Positions 56,120 to 64,000 of a stretch of 64,000 nucleotides of DNA are shown here, piece by piece. Every line of letters starts with the position of its first letter. Positions within the stretch are counted from its first letter, which is position 1. The DNA lies in assembly GCF_009914755.1 (NCBI RefSeq), contig NC_060925.1; one strand, 5' to 3'. The notes beneath the pieces were generated by a model that did no database searches, was not told the DNA's origin, and saw nothing but the letters and a program-made list of their open reading frames with translations. Origin of the DNA: the human T2T-CHM13v2.0 reference genome, Homo sapiens. The translations under genes and the position numbers were made by a program.

Positions 56120-56949
56120 ACCTTAGGAACATTTTCATGAAAAAGCCCACATAAAATTCATTTTAATGCACGTGTTTATGCATAGCTTTCTATTTTTCTC
56201 TTTTCTCTTTATATTCCAAATTCTAATCAGAGAAGGGAATCCCCTCTGTACCTCCAGGATATTCAGTAAAGACCACTGGAGGTTCATGCCCTAGTGACAG
56301 TGCTCATTTAGCTCCAAATTACAGATGGCTCTAGACTAACTCAACAAAGTTTAAAGAGAAGATTTAAAACAAGACAAATACTCATCCTGAAGTTACTGAA
56401 CTGCCTGTCACAACATTATTCAAAGGTAGCCAATAAAATCTAGATATTCAATAGCATAACATCAAAATACCCAAAAAAAACTCTGAAATGCAAAGAAGCT
56501 GTAAGACATATATAATTAAAATATATATTAACAGGATAAAAATAAGTCATTTATAAATGACAGAAAAGAAGGAAATTTCAAGATCCTTAAAGTAAATATA
56601 TTTTATAAATACATATAGATAAATACATATATATGTCAAGGTACTTAAATGAAAATTAAATATAGGAGAAAAATAAAAGTTATAAAATGAAAAATGTGAC
56701 ATATATAGATGAAAAATAAATACTTGAAATAAAAATTCCATGAGATAGAATAAGTAATGGATTTTACCCTAACATCAGAACATTTATAGAACAAATTAGA
56801 AGCATTACAAACTAAAGGACAAACGGTAAACTAAAATAAGAAAACCAGAAACTCACTCATAGGTCAGACAATGTGCATCAGTGTAACATACATGTAATCA
56901 ATATCTCAAAAAGGATGGGTGGGGTAATCATAGGTGAATAAGGAATGGT

Positions 56950-57126
56950 ACACTCATTCCTGAGGGCACCGAGGAGGGAGGATAGCTTTAGATTTCTAAG
57001 GGAGAGTTTTTTCCATTCATGAAGGTCCAAACCCATGACCAAACACCTCCCAGTGAGCCCCACCTGCAACATTGGGGATCAAATTTTAACATGAGATTGG
57101 AAGGGGCAAGCATTCAAACCATAGCA
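56950..57126 (-). mobile_element. MST (MaLR) LTR fragment
   Basis: ccattcatga...cccatgaccaaacacctccc...ccccacctgcaacattggggatcaaattt...attcaaaccatagca. Confidence 0.8.
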
Positions 57127-58499
57127 AGAGTTAAATTTCCTTTTTAAAAAATTCACTGATATGATTCCATTTCGCCATAGATAAAAACTAGTATTTCAGC
57201 CTACCATTGAGTGTGCTTATAGCTCACCAAAAGGGCACTCAGTCTCGGGAATACAGATTTGCATAGAGGTATCCTATTGCAGTCAAAGAAAGAGCAATGA
57301 GGGATAGAAAAGGTTAGTGATGGAGACACCAGCGCTGCATTTTGCAACAAACAATGTAAAAACTTTATGGATTGGTTCTGTTAACTTACTTCAGTTTACA
57401 TTCCTCTCAGGTGGGAGAATCGTTGCGTTTTTTCTTAAGATAGAAAAGCAATTCAGGTAATCTGAAATCTCCACAAGAAGGATAAGAAGCACAGCAGAAA
57501 CTATTCTAGGCAGGAAGTCAATCCTTTCAACTGTCTGTGCTCCATAGAAACAATTGTCTGCACTGGGAGTCATATGAGGTACAGACCACAGCCAGACCTC
57601 TGATCCTCTCATTAGTGATTTCAGAAGAAATTACCAGTCAACTGAGTAACTCACTGAGTATAGTAAACATTTGGCACTGAAAGAGGTTAGATGAATAACT
57701 ATTTGTATCACCATATTCATGAAGCTGAAATATGTTCCATTACTGGTATCACATCCGAATGGAAGATATTAAAAGGTCTCTCATCTTGTAAGATAGATAT
57801 GAAAGAATATTTTCTGAGAAATGAAATTATTAACACACCTGCGAGGTGCATGGAAGAGAAAAAAAAGAATAATCACCTTGAGATCTTCTCCTTGATAAGA
57901 GAACTCACTAAAAACATAAAGAGAAAAATACAAGTTTAAAATAATTAACCAGAAGAAGATGACTCTAGAGATTTTAAATTGCTGATAAGATTTTAATTTG
58001 CTCCAAGTTGAAAATAATTATATTGCTTGTGTTTTAAGGCACATAATGAACAATTATATCACACATGATAGTTTCAGCAGTAAAATAGTATCCGTTAACA
58101 GCTGGAACTCATAAAAGCATAGCACAATGTGAAGATGGAATTTGCTAAAATAAACCATCTGCTGAAAACTACTATTCTGCAAATTTAAAAATAAAGTTTA
58201 AATGTTATTTGTCTTATTTAATAGGTCTGTGAAAAAAATGCGCTATTTGGAAAGCAGCTGCTACCTTAATTAATTCTTTATATTAGACGGCTGGTTACAA
58301 TAATTCACAGTAAGGTGCTACATAGATATATTGCTAAATTTTCTGCATATACTATGTATTTGGCTTAAATTAATTGAAATTTTATTGTTAAAATAACAAA
58401 TGTACATTTCAATGTTTTGACACAAATTGCAAATATACCTTTAAAAAGCGTCTTACACTCTAAATATTATTTGTCACCTATATATTTGTCTTTTCTCTA

Positions 58500-59425
<926 letters not shown>

Positions 59426-60404
59426 CCTCCATATGTACAATAAAAATTATTGCGATTTTTAATCTTTTCTGTGGAGAAAACACAGGTGTGATTTCTAGTG
59501 TAGCTGAACATCGTTTATTTGACAGTATTGCACTTGTGTGTGGGTGTGTGCGTGTGTAGCTACTTTTTAATTTGGTTCTCACAAAATGATTAGATACTAA
59601 CAATTAATTCAGTAAAATGTATGTTTTGCAATATTTCTCCATGTTATTATGCTTTAAATTAGTTTAATCATGCCCCTATAATGTGTACATTTTAACCTTT
59701 GACTATAGCTCTCAATCTTACTTTGGTTCCTGTATTTGAATTTATGCTAATAAAGTCCCACAGCTTAATAAGATTACATAAATTTTTTGTATAATTTTTA
59801 CTAGCATTCTGGTGTCATTTTAAATTATGTAATGAAATCCAATTTTAATTTGGATTATTCTTATCTGAGTTAAGGATATAAATTTTTAATTTTCTTATAA
59901 ATATTACATAATTATTTCTGAACCATACATTGACTAATCTGCCCTTTATATGATGTGTATTATAAGAGCTTGGGATCGTTTCATTTGCAAAGATGAATGC
60001 TTGAGAAGTAGATATTTAATCAGAACATTTCAAAATCTACTGGATAACCTAGAATTGAAACATAGCCTATAGGTTGAAAAACTCCTGTAGTGAAGAAAGA
60101 AAATAACTAATATACAGTGACAATATAAATATTATAAGTATTTATTTTATTATCACCCTGAAATTTGATAATACAAACATGTAATATCTACATATCATCC
60201 ATATATCAGGTCATAAAATATCAATACATTCTTCAAAAATTTAGCATAACAGAAAATGCACTCTCTCTCCTTGATGGAATTAAGTTACAAATAAAAGTAA
60301 AAATAAGTAGATAAGTAGATGGAAGTAGATGTTTAAAAACAAAGAAAAATATTTGTTTTGGATAACATAAAATCTCAATTGACAATTCCAATATTTCCAG
60401 AACT

Positions 60405-60594
60405 TTGCCTGTCAACTGGTGGAGAGTTTTCCCCAGGAGACATTTGTCAATGTCTAGGGTTATCGTGGGGATGTCAAGACTGGTGGAGGTGTGAAATTTA
60501 GAGGTCACAAGAAACACCTAGCATTGCTAGGGCAGCCTCCCACAACAAAGAATCCTCTGGTCCTAAAGGTAAGTAGCACCAAGGTTGAGAAACC
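60405..60594 (+). mobile_element. MER20-like DNA element
   Basis: ccccaggagacatttgtcaatgtctag...gcagcctcccacaacaaagaat...ccaaggttgagaaacc. Confidence 0.75.
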
Positions 60595-61329
60595 ATAATC
60601 TAGACAGGAAACACTACGTAGCTATTCCAAGTGCTCAGGAAAACACATCAGTGCCCTCGAGGGGAAAAGTGTAAACATTTTAATTGCTGTACATGGTGAC
60701 ACAAATCCATGTTGTTAATCTAAGTGGAAGGGGCTGAAGCACAAAACGTAATTCAAAGAGTTTACTTAAGCCACAGTGAGGACAGCTGCCTGGAAGAAAC
60801 AGACCCAAGTATCCTTGGATGTGAACTCCCTTTGGAGCTTTGCAACAAGCAGTTTCTTAAAGGTAAAAAAGGGTCCAGAAGTGGGATGATGCAAAGAGGT
60901 TTGTCACAAATTCTCATTGGCTTATGGAAATAACATTTATTAGTGACTGGCTATACACGGTTACACTATTATGGGGTGTGGATTATAGTGTCTGGTGTGG
61001 CGTTATTGGTTAATTCATAGCTACTGTGGCAACAGCAAGCAGCCTAGATGAACACACAGCTCAAAGAGGAGCAGGACAGAACTGCTGTGTCATTTGAATA
61101 TCTCTCTGGGCCTGATTATTTCAAAGGACTTGCATTTCTCACATGAAAGTTATTTTCTTTTCTCCATGTCCATAAATGAGAATAAATAGACGTAAAATAG
61201 ATCTTTTCGAGGATGAAGTAAATGGAATGAAAAACAAAACCCAAGCTGACCGGAAATCATTGAGGGAAGAAAAGGATATAAATATATGTATTTTTCAAAG
61301 TGATTTTAAGCTATTAGGAATCAGTTAAA

Positions 61330-61896
61330 TGTTGGGGGAATTTGTCTGATAATGGGCTAAAGGAGAATGTCCCTTTTGCCTTCTGAAGTCTCCCTGAAAA
61401 TCACTAATAGGAGGCAGATAAATAGTAGAAAAGGCATACAGGTTTCTGCAATGTGTGTACACTGGAACCCTTAGAACGAAGACCCAGTCACACGATGCGT
61501 GCAGAAACTTATCTACCACATGAAGTTTACAGAAAAATGGGGTCTTGGATCACAGGGAAAAGAAAGAAAAAGGTTATGTGAGAAAACGACCCTGGCTAGC
61601 AACAGTGGACTTATTACATAGGTGGAATCTCACTGGGAGTAGTCCTCAGAGAGAATAGACAGAAAATGTTTCTTTCAGACATTTGGAGACCTCAGCCTCT
61701 CAGTTAACCTTTCCTAGATCCAGACAAGGGGGCAGACCTCAGAGAAAACCTGGCTGCATCAGGGCAGATTCTCTACCGATGCAAATCTCCCCAAGACAGC
61801 TTTGCAGCTAACATTGCATTTCCAGCCCTTCTCAATAGCCATTTTGAAATATATCAAGGAAATATATTTAGGGGTAAAATATATTAGTTTCCTTCA
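61330..61896 (-). mobile_element. MER34-family ERV1 LTR
   Basis: tgttggggg ... ttttgccttctgaag...gatgcaaatctcccc...gccattttgaaatatatcaaggaaatatatttaggggtaaaatat...ccttca with TG..CA termini. Confidence 0.6.
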
Positions 61897-64000
61897 TACA
61901 GCTATAAAACATACAGGAATAATTTTTGTCAATGTCTACTACAAATCCAATATAGCAGTAACTATGAAACCCACCAGATATTGATGAAAAAATATGTAGA
62001 GTACCTCAATTACAAATGTTGATACTAAAATGCCAAATAAAATACAAATAATATCCAACAATATTTGAAACAATTAGACAAGAAATTGGCAAAAAAAAAA
62101 AAAAAATCCACCTTCGGGATGAAAGTGTGTTTCCAAATTTGGTAATCCAGTAATATTAATAATCATATTGATTAGCCCAAATTAAAAATAAATAGGGGAT
62201 TCTCAGTACATGCTATAATATATTTGTTAAAAGGCAATATTCATGTCTTTAAAGATTTTAAATGCTATAAAGAGTCTGATATTCTATATGCAAACATGTG
62301 TATGTCCATTAGAAGAAGAGAGGCCTGATTTTCATATGTTACTACATAGAGATAGAGAAGTGGATACATTAATTTGCATATGCATAGAGAAAGCATAACA
62401 TAGAAATTGACTATCATATTAAAAGAATTTTAATTCAACAATAAAATAATTCAAAGGTAAAATTTTAGATATTTTTAACAGGTACATTATTAGTATTAGA
62501 TAATATTTATAATAATTGTGAAAATACTCAGCGCTAAAATAAGATACAATGTCTAAACATCAGTAATAATACTAGTATAAATATTTGCTTGTTTATACAA
62601 GGAAAATTCAAGCTCGACCTAAAATTATAAGGGAAATAAAAGAAAAATATTAAGGGAGCTCTTTCACGACATAAACATATATATATAAACACACACATAT
62701 AACATGTATATATGTTATATGGGATAGATATAGATTTAGCAGGTTATATCTATATTTGTATCTGTAACTACAGCTGTATGTATCCACATTTCTACATATT
62801 TACTCAGTGATATAAATATAGACTGGAATAAATATAAAGACATATATGATTCTTGGATAAAAAGGATTTAGTATCATAAAGACAAATTCTTTCCAAATTC
62901 ACTTATGAATTCACAACAATATACAGTTTCATTAGTATAATTTAATATTTCTAAATAAATTTCAAGATTCATTTAAAGGAATATAAATGTATACAAGCAG
63001 TCAAGAAAGAAGCAAGAGGGCACTAAACTAACTTGCTATTAAAATACATTTTTAAACTTAGTCACTAAAACCGAGCAGTACTGATTTGGAGTACTGGAAT
63101 TTAGGTGTATGGGATCTCAAAAGCACAGAGCTCAAAGGAGACCCCTGTATGCACGAGAGCTTAGGATGTGCTTTAGAAGGCATTACCAAACCACGGGCAA
63201 AGTTACCTTAGTGTCTTAGTCTTACTAGGTTTGAAAAGCCAGAGAAAAGACTCAAGACCACCATATAAGAGCAAAACAAAAGGACAGGGAGAGAATGTGA
63301 AGATACTGAAACATTTTACATAAAGTTGTATAAAACATATTTTAAAGAAAATATAAAGTTTTGGATATACATCAAAATCAGCAGAGCCACTAAATAAATA
63401 AATAGGCATTGTAAAATAACAAGAGAAAATTTAAACGGATTTCTAAAAACATTGACACCTATGATTTTTAAAATATGTTTAAGAAATCCCATATTTCACA
63501 GGGCAGCCTTTCACAACACAGATATGTTAGGACATAAAGGTCCTTCTGTTTTTAATTTACTAGTGTTTATAGGGTTACAAATGTCTTCTACCCTTGTCTT
63601 TTGTCTGATGGTGCAAAAATTTTTCATAAGCATGTATTTCTGAATGCCTGATGGATTGACATATATAATATGTTGCTAGTATTAAAATATGAGATGGAAA
63701 ACGCATCCAATCTTCTCACTGTTTACAGAAATTCTAGGTTTCTCCTATTTACCTCAAGCACATATGGAGCGAATTCTTACCTTTTAATATTGCCATGGCA
63801 TTCACATTGAACATAAGTTGAACTCTCTCATATGGTAGCTGGGTTCGGATTCTCTTGACAATTTCCAGTTCTAACCCTCACACTTCCTCAGTGTGGTTGG
63901 CCCAGATATTGACCCTACACAGTTATCTCCTCGTGGTGACTACCAGCTATGGAACCGTTGGATACAACCTACCTGACTCACCCCACAGACCTCACAGCGC

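Overview
Human (hominoid) pericentromeric segmental-duplication mosaic with no intact protein-coding gene. From left to right: (1) an unprocessed partial copy of KMT2C/MLL3 on the - strand. Exons equivalent to 15-18 are present, all open and phase 0 with intact AG/GT; exon 14 is missing. (2) An unidentified AT-rich segment with exon-like remnants. (3) A CpG-rich, disabled NKAIN1 processed pseudogene (+). (4) A repeat-rich spacer. (5) A 1.55-kb GC-rich GCTTTTTGC (CAAAAAG) tandem array directly fused to (6) a duplicated KSR1 exon 1 plus the start of intron 1 (+). This is cut off by (7) a 3.2-kb GAAAT/GAT simple satellite, followed by (8) about 25 kb of AT-rich DNA made of old L1/LTR/DNA-transposon fragments, in which I recognise no gene. 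From memory, the gene order and spacing resemble the 1q21.1 KMT2CP/NKAIN1P1 locus, which has a paralog at 2p11; this needs alignment to confirm. I see no convincing evidence of a wholly new biological system. The best leads are a KMT2C exon chain with a newly created Kozak ATG just before PHD4, paralog variants that mimic reported KMT2C tumour mutations, a KSR1 coiled-coil mini-ORF under a CpG-rich array, and two strand-asymmetric arrays bracketing the KSR1 duplicon. Parent-gene sequences, residue numbers and repeat family names are recalled, not searched, and repeat boundaries are approximate.
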